From Gracilinanus agilis (taxonomy: Eukaryota), in NCBI RefSeq assembly GCF_016433145.1, contig NC_058130.1, forward strand, positions 255,413,771 to 255,477,770: a DNA stretch of 64,000 bases, in the 5' to 3' direction. The stretch's first letter is position 1; each line of letters starts with the position of its first letter. The position numbers were made by a program, and so were the translations under genes. Positions 32,701 through 44,145 of this stretch are shown here, piece by piece. The notes beneath the pieces were generated by a model. That model had not been told where the DNA came from and ran no database searches. It worked only from the letters and a program-made list of their open reading frames with translations.

Positions 32701-35203
32701 TTGGTGTTTGTTAGCCTTTGTACACGAAGAGGATTAAAATGGCATCACTGATGCCTTTTGATTTGCACATAAATTGGATTTAAGTGAGGCAGTTGTGCAG
32801 TCATCAGGCTCACTCTCTATACCAGAGCCAGTGAAGTGGCAAGACAAAGGTCAAGATGAGTGGCAACAGCTGAGGGTGCAGTGGATGACTTTGGCATCTT
32901 TGATGTCTAAACAAGCACTAAACATTCCACAGCACCCACTTCTGCCACTTTTCAGTGGAAGTCTTCTAATGCCTGGGATAGACACTAAGTCATTGATGGG
33001 CTAGGCCTATAGGCCTAGATGGTTTACCAGAGTGTGGCCACTGTGCATGCTACAGCTTCTTGGAGCCACAGCTGAGAGCTGGGTAACAGGTAAACACAAA
33101 AGGAGAAAAGCAGCTCTAAAAAGATCCAGCAAGTCTTCACTTACATGAACACCCTGTATACTCCTATCAAGAAATATTGATTCACTGATTGAAAAGAAGT
33201 TGGGGGAAATGGGAAGCTACCAATATCAAACTATAATCTGGGTGAGGGCCAGCCCTGTTATGTTAGGTTATTGTTGGCTATGCAGAGTTAAAAGACATAG
33301 TGACTGCCCTGTGAAAGTTCATGATTTAAAATAAGCTTGCTGCCAACACCAAATCAGATCTGATCCAGGAGAAAGATAAACTCGCTTACCCCATCAACCA
33401 GGCAAAACCAATTCGCCCCAGCATGCCAGTTCCATCTGTGGTAGAATAAAGGGTCACTGAGTTCTATGTTTGTTCATTCATTCATTCAGCAAATAACAAT
33501 TTCTCATCTACTCTGTGTAAACTGAAGGGGAAGATACAGAGAAGATGCAAAAATATCACAGCTCTCCTCATACAGTCTAACAGGAAGATAAGCAATTCAC
33601 AAATAACTTATAAAAAATAAAAAGTGATAAATGCCTAACAGCAGAAAGAAACATGATCAGCATTTGGGACAGGAAGGAGAAAAGGACTACAAAGGCTGAA
33701 AACAGACAGGCCATTTGGGGCAAGCATAGAGACCATAGCTCACCTTTTAAAAGCCAAGTGATGGTGGCAGCTGAGACAGAAGCAGCTGCATCTCCCACCC
33801 CAACCCCCTGAAGGACAGCTTGGGTTGCCAAGGAGCCTGTGAGGCTGGAGGCAAAAGCCTGAATGATGAAAGATTATCTGGTGAGAGAAATGTCATGGGT
33901 CTCCAAGCTTTGAATTTGTCATAACCTAGTTTAAAGGGACCTTAGAGATCATTTAGTCAAACCCCCTCTCTTTACAGAGGCCCAAAGTGCAAGAATAATC
34001 AGGGCAAGCCTAGAATTAGAACAGGTCTTATGACTTACAGCCCAGGGCTTGCTCCACTACACCAAGCTGCCAGTCCTGTCAAAACTCCCAAAAGTAAAGA
34101 ATGGAAAGAACACTGGGAAAAAGAAAGAGAGACCTGGATTCAAGCAGACCAATTTGGGCCTCAAATTCCTCCTCTGTAAAAAGAGAAGGCTGACCTAGAT
34201 GACCTCCATAGTTCCTCTGTTATATCCTCTCCGTTTTCCTCCCTCCCCTTTAGGGGGCTAGATAATAACCTGCACCGTGTCCCACAGCTGGTAAGGCAGG
34301 TAGTCTGGGCTGACACTGTCAGGGAAGCCATGGGGCAGGAACACAGCCTGAGAGGAGTGAAGAGAGAAGGGAAGTGAGCTTGAGGGTACCCTGGATACCA
34401 GGGCTTCACTTCTCTCCCCACAACTTCCCTTATTGGGGTTATGTGTAGGATTACCTCTTCCAGGGGATGAAGAGGAGTAGGGATTATCTCTAGTCAACTT
34501 ACTAGTATCTTTAAGTCTCTGTTCTACCCCACCTTTACAGGAGGAGGGGCCTCTTTGCTTTACTATCTTCTCTAGAGATCTACCATGATCCATTATGTAG
34601 CTGATCTCTATATGTCCCCTTCCTGGGAGACTTTCTGCACTTCTAGCCTGAAAGGAGGGGATCTTCTTACCCCACCGTCCTCCCCAACCACCGGGAGTGG
34701 CTTCACACTCTCCTTGACAGAGGAGAGGGTGAGGTGCAGTTTCTCTGAATCCCTCCTTGGAAGGAGTGTCTCCACATTCTCCCTCTCCCTAGGGTGAGGT
34801 GGTCTCTCCGAATTCTTCCCCTCTCTTGGGGGTAGCCCTCCACACTCTCCTTTTCCTTGAGGCAGAGGTCAGTGTGTGTGTGGTTCTCTGTTCCCCTCCT
34901 TGGAAGAGGGGGGTCTCCACACTCTACCCTCCCTTGTGGGTAACTTCCACACTCTGCTAGAAGCAAGGGGTAAGGGGTTTTCTATATCCCTTCTTGGAGG
35001 AAGGGGTGTATCCACACTTCCCCCTCGAGGAGGTCTCCCCCCACTCCATCCGTCACCGTGAGAGCGGCTCTCAGGCCTTGCCCGGGCCCGCCGCCAGCCT
35101 CCCAGCTCAGGCTCCCATCGGGAGCTATGGTGCAGCTGCGAGGGTTCCTGGAGCCGAAGCGCTCCCAGCACTTGACGGCCACTGGCTCCTCACCGCCCGA
35201 CAT
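23768..35203 (-). CDS. RUSF1: RUS family member 1 (C16orf58, DUF647), about 441 aa
   Basis: Minus-strand exons: 35203-35057 (donor position tentative), 34347-34270, 33858-33744, 33435-33390, 32150-32118, 32007-31902, 30182-30081, 29209-29139, 29058-28874, 28796-28739, 28512-28442, 24402-24259, 24164-24087, 23859-23768. Phases are consistent. Peptides include AVFLPHGFPDSVSPDYLPYQLWDTVQ, GATRAALTMHQARRDNMADVSAKDGSQ and LLEVDEWRATW. Confidence 0.95.
25203..25734 (+). mobile_element. 5'-truncated L1 (ORF2 end, 3' UTR, polyA) spanning a gap
   Basis: Encodes PFDPAIPLLGLYPKEII...CTKIFIAALFVVA.NWK, the L1 ORF2 C-terminus. PolyA tail. 18-bp TSD aaaagtcaatgagttcat at 25185-25202 and 25735-25752. Confidence 0.92.
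25385..25648. other. Assembly gap
   Basis: N run inside the L1. Confidence 1.
26769..26985. mobile_element. Old MER5-like hAT fragment
   Basis: cagaggttcaaact ... ggggtccataggtttcattagac ... resembles the MER5A group. Related fragments at about 19690-19810 and 49600-49760. Confidence 0.5.
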
Positions 35204-35560
35204 CTCGGTCACCAAGTGTCTCCGTTTAAACTCCCGCCCGAAGCAGCGGCAGAAAACAGTTGGTTCCGGAGAAGCGGTTGGGTCCGATGACCTCTAACCC
35301 CACACATCCGCCTGCCCTGCAGGCGTGGTTCCGGCGGCCTGGCCCCTCTGAGTCGGAGAGTTGCTCGGCTTTGAAACTACGGAGACTCTGAAAGGACATA
35401 ACGTATACTAAGGCGAAGCACTAGGCTCACTATCCTGTGGGACTTGGGCCTAATCTTCTCCCTCCTCCCTGCAGCTCCAGTTTTCCAATCAGAGCCCTGC
35501 CCCCGCCCCTTCCCCACCCCGCTGGCTCCTGCGAACCGTACTTAAAAGTTAGGAGTAATT
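35040..35560 (-). promoter_or_regulatory. CpG-island promoter / exon 1 of RUSF1
   Basis: CpG-dense. CCAAT and GC-box (ccccgcccc) near 35485-35510, directly upstream of the minus-strand ATG at 35203. Confidence 0.75.
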
Positions 35561-35999
35561 CGATGTGGTCGTAGATGGAGGTTGGGTCCTCTAATAGGGA
35601 AAACTGGAATTTTAATCCGACTTGAGGAGACTCTGTGAGCTTTTGGCGGGCCGTAGTTTCCCCTTATTTGTAAAACAGGGATAATAGCAGCAGCCACTCC
35701 CCAGGGTTCTAATGAGGATCAAAAGATGAATGCAAAGCGCTTTGCTTATATCCGACCTAGCTATGGTTACTTTGTGCAACTCGTCCTCATTTAAATCAAA
35801 TTCACTGATAAGTCGAGATTTCACCTTTCGAAGGACCAACGACAAGCTATTGATAATGCCTAGGATCAGAGACACAAAGACCTAAGTTCAAATCCTGCAT
35901 AGAACAAACACTTCTTAGCTATATCACCCTGGGCAAATCACTTAGCCTTCTGGGCTTCCTATCACTTTTCATCCTTACCACCTTACCTATCTTTTAGAT

Positions 36000-37020
36000 G
36001 TAGTTTTTAAATATAAATTTTATTGATATCTTTTGTTTTACATTATCTAAATTTTCCCCTTTCTCCCTCCTCCTCCCATTCCCTATAACAAAGAATATTT
36101 TTAAAGAAAAAAGGAAGAAAAGAAAAGGCAATCAGTAAAACCAATTAATATATTAAATAAAGTCTGAAAAAATGTACCTCTCACTTTTGTAATAGAGTGG
36201 TAAGTGATCTCTCATATTTCTTCTTTGGGTCATGCTTTTCTTTGTAACTTTGTAACACTCACTTTTGATTGTTTTGTGGTTCTTTCCATTTACATTGTTA
36301 TAGTTAGGTATATTATTTTCTTGGTTCTATGTTTTTCACTCAGTATCAGTTCATGGACTTCTTTGCCTGTTTCTCTGTATTCGTCATATTCATTATTAGT
36401 TGCCGCATGGTACTTAAATATTCAGGTTAGCCATTTTCCAATTGATGGGACATTTACTTTTTCTAATTATTTGCTAGCCCCAAAAGTGCTACTATAAATA
36501 TTATTTTTATCAATGGCATATGTGCCTGGAAATGAAATGTCTGGGTCAAACGAAAGAATATGGACATCTTAGTCATTTTATTTGCATAGTTCCAAATTGT
36601 TTTCCAAAATGGTAGCACGCATTTAAATCACAGCTCCATCAACAATGCAGGAGTATGAATATCATCCCACCACAAATCATTCCCATCTTTTGTCAACTTT
36701 GCCAATTTTCTGAGTATGAGGTTAAATGATTTGCATTTCCCTTACAATTAGTGATTTGGAGCATTCTTTCACATGGTTGTTAATATTTTGTTATTCTTTT
36801 GAAAAATGTTTATTCAAAACTATTTTATATATCTATACACATACATGTACACATATATATTTATATCTTGGCTACCAACCCCTTATGTGATAAGTTTAAT
36901 ACAAAGGTTTTTCCTCCTATTCAACTTCTTTTCTGTATAGATTGTGCTGAATTTTTCAAATTTCATGTATTCAAAATTATCAAAATTTTATCTTTTGAAA
37001 TTTCCTCTATCCCTGGTTTG
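36000..37020 (-). mobile_element. Older L1 fragment
   Basis: T-rich L1 3' and ORF2-like sequence (ttgcatttcccttacaattagtgatttggagcat...). Other L1 pieces at about 12690-12960, 15950-16270, 39725-40240 and 47930-48095. Confidence 0.7.
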
Positions 37021-37029
37021 GCTAAAGTG

Positions 37030-39510
37030 GACCCAGTTTTAAGGAAAGTCTCTGTGATGGCACTAGGGTTCCCCTATTTCTCAACAACAAGGATTAGTTT
37101 TCTCTAAAAGTAAACCAACTGTTTCAGAAGTTGAAACAGAAGTCTGATGAGTCACTAGAGGGATGGCTCCTGAGGGTTTGTTCTAATGGAGCCAAACAGA
37201 GTTCCATAGGTTTAGGAGACTTACTTTTATGTAGTCAGCTAAATTTATTAGGGCATCAGATGCAGATTGCCCTTTGTCCCTTTTTAAGTGGCTGAAGTGG
37301 AGAGTTATTTGCACCTGGTCCTATAAATATTAATCTTGGGCACAGCCAATTCCACATGAGAATCTGCTAGGGAAGGGATAAAGTTCCTAAAGGAAATTAG
37401 TTTGATAGATTGTATTTATTCATGTTCCTTTCTTGACCCCCTTCTTCCTTGGCTGCCACACCCTATGACTGGCCCTCCTCTGGAGAAATTAGATTCTGAC
37501 TTCTGGGTAGAGGCTCACCAGAATGTATTCAGACTTTAGCTTTGGGTCTCTAATCACAGTTACACAGGTGCAAGCTGATCAACTATTAAAATTTTAAAAG
37601 GATATTGGCGCAATTATGATTTTGCAAATACAGCTGTTAATGCAGATAGGCACTCTAGGAATGTAGGGAGGAGTCACAGAGCCCACTAACCAACAGGTGG
37701 ACAGAGGGCAAAGATATTCTCCCAAAAGGCTCTTTGGGTGTGGTTCCTAAAATATGATAAGAAAAGCATTTGATGGCCTGCCCATCATGGTTCTTATAAA
37801 ATTTATGAGGAAATTCAGCAGACACTAAGGACTCTTCAGTTAACACCCAAGCCTACAGTATACTCTAAAGCCCCTGGTCCATTTGGATCATTCAGGGAAG
37901 GTTACAGAGGACCAACCATGTAAGAAAAGGGTATCATGGACTCTTGGGAATCAGTATTTGTACAGTTCCTTTATCAGTCTCTACATATGCTACTGTAGGT
38001 AGGGCTAAATGGAAAGAAACCCTTTACCTAAACTATCCCATATAGCTAACACCAACCAATATCAAATTCTCAGGAGGGGTAAAAGATATTTCTTCCCTAA
38101 TGATGGAGATGAAGCAAGCCAGAGTACTTCATTATAGAAATTCTCCTTATAACAACTCTATCCCTAGAGGAAGGCAAATGGCACCTATAGCTTATGGTGG
38201 ACTACATAGAGTTAAACAAAGTCACCATGACCATCACTACAGCTGATCCTAACCTCATCAATTTTGTAAAAAAAGTAACCCAGGCCTATGGTGAGAGATG
38301 TGGGATTATTGATCTCATCATTAATGCTTGATTATTTCTTCCTGTGACTAAGATGAGACAGGAACAGTCTGTTTGTTTTTAATTTTTATTTATTTTTAAA
38401 AAATATTTTCCATGTTTACATGATTCATTTTCTTTCCCTTCCTGCTCCTGGAGCTGACAAGCAATTCCACTGGGTTGTATAAATGTTATCATTTGTATCT
38501 ATTTCCATATTATTCATTTTTTGCTATAGAGCAATCTTTTAAAGCCAAAACCCCAAATCATATACCCATGTATACAAGTGGTAAGTGATAAGTCATATAC
38601 TTTTCTTTTGTGTTTCTACTCCCATAGTTCTTTCTCTCAATGTGGATAGCATTCTTTCTCATAAGTCCTTCAGGAGTATCCTGGATTATTACATTGCTAC
38701 TAGTAGTAAAGTCCATTACAAATTGGATAGTTCCACAATGTTTTACTTTCTGTGTATAATGTTCTCTTGGTTCTTCTCCTTTCACTCTGCATCAGGTCAT
38801 TGAGGTTCTTCCAGTTCATATAGAAATCCTCCAGTTCATCATTCTTTACAGCACAATATTCCATCACCACCATATACCACAATTTGTTCAGCCATTCCCT
38901 AATTAAGGGACATACCTTCAATTTCCAGTTCTTTGCTACTACATAAAGATTACAGCTATGAATATATTTGTACAAATATTTTTCATTGTTATCTCTTTGG
39001 AGTACAAATCCAATAGTGGTATGGCTGGGTCAAAGGGCATACAATCTTTTAAAGCCCTTTAGGTATAATTCCAGATTGCCTTTCAGAATGGTTGGATTAA
39101 TTCACAACTCCACCAGCAATGCATTAGTGTCCCAATTTTGCCGCACCCCATCCAACATTTATTATTTTCTGTTACTGTCATATTGGCCAATCTGTTAGGT
39201 GTGAGGAGAAGTCTGTTTTCACCTGAGAAGCAGTCCAGTATACCTTCATCATCCTTCTCCATACAGGTCTACCTGAAATCTTCCTCATATTTCCACATTA
39301 TGGTGAGCAGAAACTTGAAAGAGGCCTCCTTTCCTGAAGGTATTGATTTACCCTACTACATTGATGACATAATGCTGACTGGGCCAGATGAAACTATGTT
39401 GGCTAGAGGTCCTTGATCAATCGGTGACTTATATGAGGGAGAAAGGGTGGAAATCAACCCGAAGAAAATCCTGGCTCCAGCCTACTTAGTCAAGTTTTAA
39501 GGAATAGTGT
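37030..39510 (+). mobile_element. Decayed class III (ERV-L-like) endogenous retrovirus internal region, gag-pol
   Basis: Gag-like QKSDESLEGWLLRVCSNGAKQ at about 37130. Pol-like VGRAKWK...MVDY.ELNKV...IIDL at 37990-38360. After the L1, RT motif YYIDDIMLTGPDE and a GWEINP-like stretch at 39340-39490. Multiple frameshifts and stops. Confidence 0.8.
38375..39209 (-). mobile_element. L1 3' fragment interrupting the ERV-L pol gene
   Basis: L1 ORF2 C-terminal peptides (VVAKNWKLKVCPLIREWLNKLWYM) on minus. TSD agtctgttt at 38366-38374 and 39210-39218. Confidence 0.88.
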
Positions 39511-40674
39511 AGAAGAGAGTAAAGTATAAATAGACTGAGAAGGGAAGAAGGAGCCAAGTTGTAAAGAGATTCAAATGGCAGAGGATTTTATATTTGATTC
39601 AGAAGGTAATAGGGAACCACTAAAGTTTATTGAGTGGTGGGCATGTGTGTTTGTGACATGATAAAAAATGTGCTTTAGGAAAATCATTTTGGCAGCTAAG
39701 TGGAAGATAAATTGTAGCATGGAGAATTATTTTATTTTATTTTTTATTGTCATGCAAAACATATTTCCTTACTGGTCATTGTTGTAAGAGCAAAGTCATA
39801 AATAAACAAAACCCCCAAATAAAACAAAAAATACACTGATGTGAAAGACGACTCCAATATTTCTTTCTCTGGAGGTGGATTGTCCCAGATCATTGCATTG
39901 CTGAGAGTAGCCAAGTTTTCACAGATCATTGTAGGATTTTGCTTATTTCACTTTGCATCAGTTCCCACAGATCTTTCCAACTTTTTTTGAAATCATTTTG
40001 CTCATCATTTATTATAGCACAATAGTATTACATTTCCAACATATATCACAATTGTTCAGCCATTCCCCAGTTGATAGACAATTCCTCAATTTCTACTTCT
40101 TTGCCACTACAAAAAGAGCTACTATAAATATTTTTGTACAAGTAGGTCTTTTCCCCTTTTTTATTATCTCTTTGGGATACAGACACAGTAGTGTCAGATC
40201 AAAGATTATGCACAGTTTTATAGCCCTTTGGGTATAGTTCCAAATGGAGCATGGAGAAACTTAAGGCAAGGAGACTTATTAGAAATCCTTTCTGATGGTT
40301 GGTGAACACTTGAACTTGGGTGGTGTCTATGTGAATGAAGAAAAGGAGACATATATGAGAGATGTTAATGTAGAAGCTACAAAATTTGAAAACAGATTGG
40401 ATGCATAGAAAAAGAAAGAATAAAGAGTTAAGACACCAAAATGTTTAATCTGAACAACTGGATGGATATTAGTACTCTCAAAATCATTTATTTTACATTT
40501 TCCAATCAAAATCATTCATTTTACATTTTGTAATATTCTAATGTTAGTATTCTCTATAGTAACAGAAAAGTTTGGAAGAAAGAAGATTTTGAAGAAAGGG
40601 ATGAAAGGAAGAATGAAGAATAGAGTTAGGGTTTAGAAGGCATAGGGAAAGATAGAAAGATAAATATCTCCAAT

Positions 40675-40678
<4 letters not shown>

Positions 40679-40722
<44 letters not shown>
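40679..40722 (+). repeat. (AC)n microsatellite
   Basis: Directly visible AC dinucleotide run. Confidence 0.95.
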
Positions 40723-40726
<4 letters not shown>

Positions 40727-42356
40727 CCTCTTGCTTCTGCTCACTCTGTTGCTCTGCTTTCTGTCCACCAGAACATGCTATGGTGATTCTTATCCTAAAT
40801 CAGCTATTTAGAGCTGGAAGGGCCATTAGTGATTGACTAATCCAACCCCTTCATTTTATGAGTGAAGAAAATTTAGGTTTTAGAGAAGTGAGGTGACTGA
40901 CCCCAGGTTACCCAGATAAAAAGGTTGCAGAGCCAGGAATTTAGCCTACATCCTCTGACTTAAAGATATAGCACTTACTGTACTTTGTTTCCCTTGCCTA
41001 CCCAGGATGTAATACTTTGCTTTTTTCTTTCTATTCTTTAAACTCTACGCACCTCCAAACACAACTCAAGACTTCTCAGCAAGAAGACCAACGTAGGTCC
41101 ATTAGTGATCCCTCTTTGTTCTTAATTTCTATAGAGTTTACCATTTGAATAATGAAAAAAGTGCCCATGAAAAAGCACTGGTTTTGGTGTTAGAGGCCGA
41201 AAATTTAAATCCTTCCTCTGTTCTTTGCTACCTAGGTTATCTTGGCTAAATTATTTCACTTGTCTAGGCCTTAGCTTCTTCATCTGTAAAATGAGGATAT
41301 TGGATTAAATGTCTTCTAAGTCCTCTTCCTTTACTAGTCATGTGACAGTGCACAAGTAATTTAATCCTGTTTGCCTCACTTTTCTCAACTAGAAAATGAA
41401 CTAGAGAAGGAAATGGCAAACCACTCCATTATCTCTGCCAAAAAAAACTGCAAATGGGGTCACAAAGAGTCAGACATCACTGAAATGACCAAACAACAAG
41501 TCCCTTTCAGTTCTAAAGCTAAGATCCTATGACACTGATTTTCCAAGTAGATTAATACTATAGGATTTTAGAGTAAGAAAGAACCTAAGTGAGCAGAGGA
41601 CCCTTGAGGCAGGGACTTACACCTCTTTGTTAACCTGGTTCTAGCCCATTACCAAAGACCCTCAATGTCTATCTATTGTCATTGAGGATAACACTATGTC
41701 TGCACAGAATCTAAGAGTTTGCCATCTCAACATAACACAATTTACTGATAAGCAACAAGAATATGCTTGTAACATACAGATCTCAACCACAGTAGACTCA
41801 TGGTAACCACTGAGAGATGTTTGCAACAAGGTACCATAGAAAGACAACATTTAAATGATCTGAGTTTTAATTATATGTAGTTACTCTTTCCTCTCATGAT
41901 GAATTATTATTCAGCATTATGCTTGGCTGTTCATCTGTTCTTCCCAGGACTTTTGGTCCCGGTCTTAATGGTGAAAATTAAATAAAATGCTATTAATAAC
42001 TGTGTAGAATACCAAGATGTTGCTAATTCTGAAGAGATCTAATACAGTAGGAGATAATAAAACTTGATCCTCTCTCTTTGTTTTTCTTCCTTTCATTTGC
42101 TCCTGTCTCATCTCCTTACTTTCTCCATGTTGTGTAGTACAGAAAGTTCTAGATTTGGAATGTAAGGATTTAAGTTCAAATTCTAACCGTGCCATTTAAA
42201 ACCTGTCGGAGCGAATCACTTAACTTCTCTACGCTCAGTTTCCTCAGCTGTCAAGTGAGATGATTGTTAGACTAGATAACCACTAAGGTCTCTTATATTT
42301 CTGAATTTAGAATCCTATGATCCTATTTGTAACTCAAGGCATCTTTGTCTTTTACC

Positions 42357-42402
<46 letters not shown>
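42357..42402 (+). repeat. (TTTC)n microsatellite at a SINE tail
   Basis: Directly visible tetranucleotide run. Confidence 0.9.
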
Positions 42403-42403
<1 letters not shown>

Positions 42404-42929
42404 ACCCTTACTGTCCATCTTGGAATCAATACTGTGTATTGGTTCCAAGGGAGAAAAGTGGTAAGGGCAAGGCAATGGGGGTTAAGTGACTTGCCCAGGG
42501 TCACACAACTAGGAAGTGTCTGAGGCCAAATTTGAACCTAGGACCTCCCATCTTTAGGTCTGGTTCTCACTGAGCCTCTTAGCTGCTCCCTTTTTACTGC
42601 TTTAGTCACATGACCAGACTAGAACTAGAACTGGAATACAGTTCTGGAATACAGAAAGGTTCTCTAGAATCTTCCATTAGTTACCAAGAGGCTAGAAGGA
42701 GAGCTAGGGACCAGGACCTTGGAGAGATTATATAAAAATCTGGGAAATAAACCCTTCAGCTTTGGGAAAGTCCAGATGCTCAAATTCTTGGAGGAGTGTC
42801 ATCACTGAAGGAGAGAAAGCAAAGATCATAGGGGAAAAGACAGCTGAAAATGAAGAAAATGGTAGGGGGCTATGCCAGTTTTACTCTGTTACTTTGTCTT
42901 GTTCATTAAGTTGTCTCTGTACAACCCTC

Positions 42930-43154
42930 AATTTATCTCTCCTAACTCAGAAGAGACCCTCCTTTAGCCCTCCTCCCTCTTCCTTCACTTATCATTATGG
43001 TTCAGGAATAAATTCAGGGTGCCACCCACCTTAGGATATCTCCTCCCTTCTAATTCTTTCTTTATCCTTGACTAGTTTTGCTCAGTCACACAAACTGACC
43101 CAAGAAAGCAAGGTGAAACATCTAGAAGAGAGCTAAAGGCTATAGTTGGTAAGT
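42930..43154 (+). promoter_or_regulatory. AHSP: Probable erythroid AHSP promoter and non-coding exon 1
   Basis: Reverse-strand WGATAR sites at 42933-42938 and 42989-42994. AT-rich AATAAA at 43007. CCACCC (KLF1-type) at 43022. Perfect donor TTG|GTAAGT at 43149, upstream of the coding-exon acceptor at about 43518-43521. Confidence 0.6.
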
Positions 43155-43525
43155 GGCTAATCTTAAGAGAGAATCAGGGAAAGAGGTGAAGGGAAATGAA
43201 CACGAGCTGAAGGAGACCAAGTACTGAAGATGTTGGGGTGGGTACAAAGGTCTAGGGCCATGTTAGCGAAGACATGGCATGTATGCCCCATCAAGCTGGA
43301 GAGGACTCCTCTGTTCCCCCTCTCCACGGAGGACAATTTTCACATGCCCTGTTCCTCTGTCCAACAGCCCAACGTGAGCACTTCCTCCCTCCACTCTCTG
43401 GAGTAATGTGAGGGGCTTATGGGCAGCTTGAGGGTGCAGTTTGGTCATGCAATCTCTAGAAGGTTTGCCAAAACTGGTTTAGGGGAAAGGTTACCTGAAT
43501 TTGCCCTCTTTCTTTAAGCAGGGAG

Positions 43526-43996
43526 ATGGCTCTTCTTCAGTCAAATCAGGATGTCATTTCCTCAGCAATGCAGGAGTTTAGCAAATTGCTGAATCAGCAG
43601 GTGAGAGGGGTCCTTTCCTAAGCACCAGGAGATATAGAATATCTTGGCTTTTGGAAATAAGGTGGGAGTTTGATGGAAAAACTGGGGGATAGGAAATGTA
43701 GCTTCTGGGAGATGTGTAGTGACTAATGGGAAGTTTGAGTGCCTGGAGATCAGCACATCTGAACAGCAACCTCCTCTCTCTCCTTTTGCCAGGATTACAC
43801 ATACCCTATAATCTCTGAGAAAGACATGGTTACCATTGTAGATGACTGGATGAACTACTACCTTTCATACTTCTCGAAAAAGATGACAGGGGATCAACAA
43901 GAACAGGAGAGAGCCATGCAAAAACTTCAAGTGGAACTTCAATCTTCTGCCAACCCTTTCCTGGAGAAGTACAGAGCCTTTCTAAAATCCCTTTGA
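43526..43996 (+). CDS. AHSP: Alpha-hemoglobin-stabilizing protein, 92 aa
   Basis: Exon 43526-43600 encodes MALLQSNQDVISSAMQEFSKLLNQQ. Exon 43793-43996 encodes DYTYPIISEKDMVTIVDDWMNYYLSYFSKKMTGDQQEQERAMQKLQVELQSSANPFLEKYRAFLKSL*. Colinear with human AHSP, same 75-nt first coding exon, syntenic after RUSF1. Absent from the ORF track because it is spliced. Confidence 0.96.
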
Positions 43997-44139
43997 GTCT
44001 TCCCATGTCTCCCATCCCTGTCCTAGGTCTTCATTTCTAAGATATGCCCAAAGCTGAACCCCCTAATAATCTTTTCCTCTCCCCTGAAACCTTGTTGTAT
44101 CTCAATTTCCTCTGACTCTAAAAGGTATGTATATACCTC

Positions 44140-44145
44140 AATAAA
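44140..44145 (+). terminator. AHSP polyadenylation signal
   Basis: AATAAA 144 nt after the AHSP stop codon. Confidence 0.7.
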
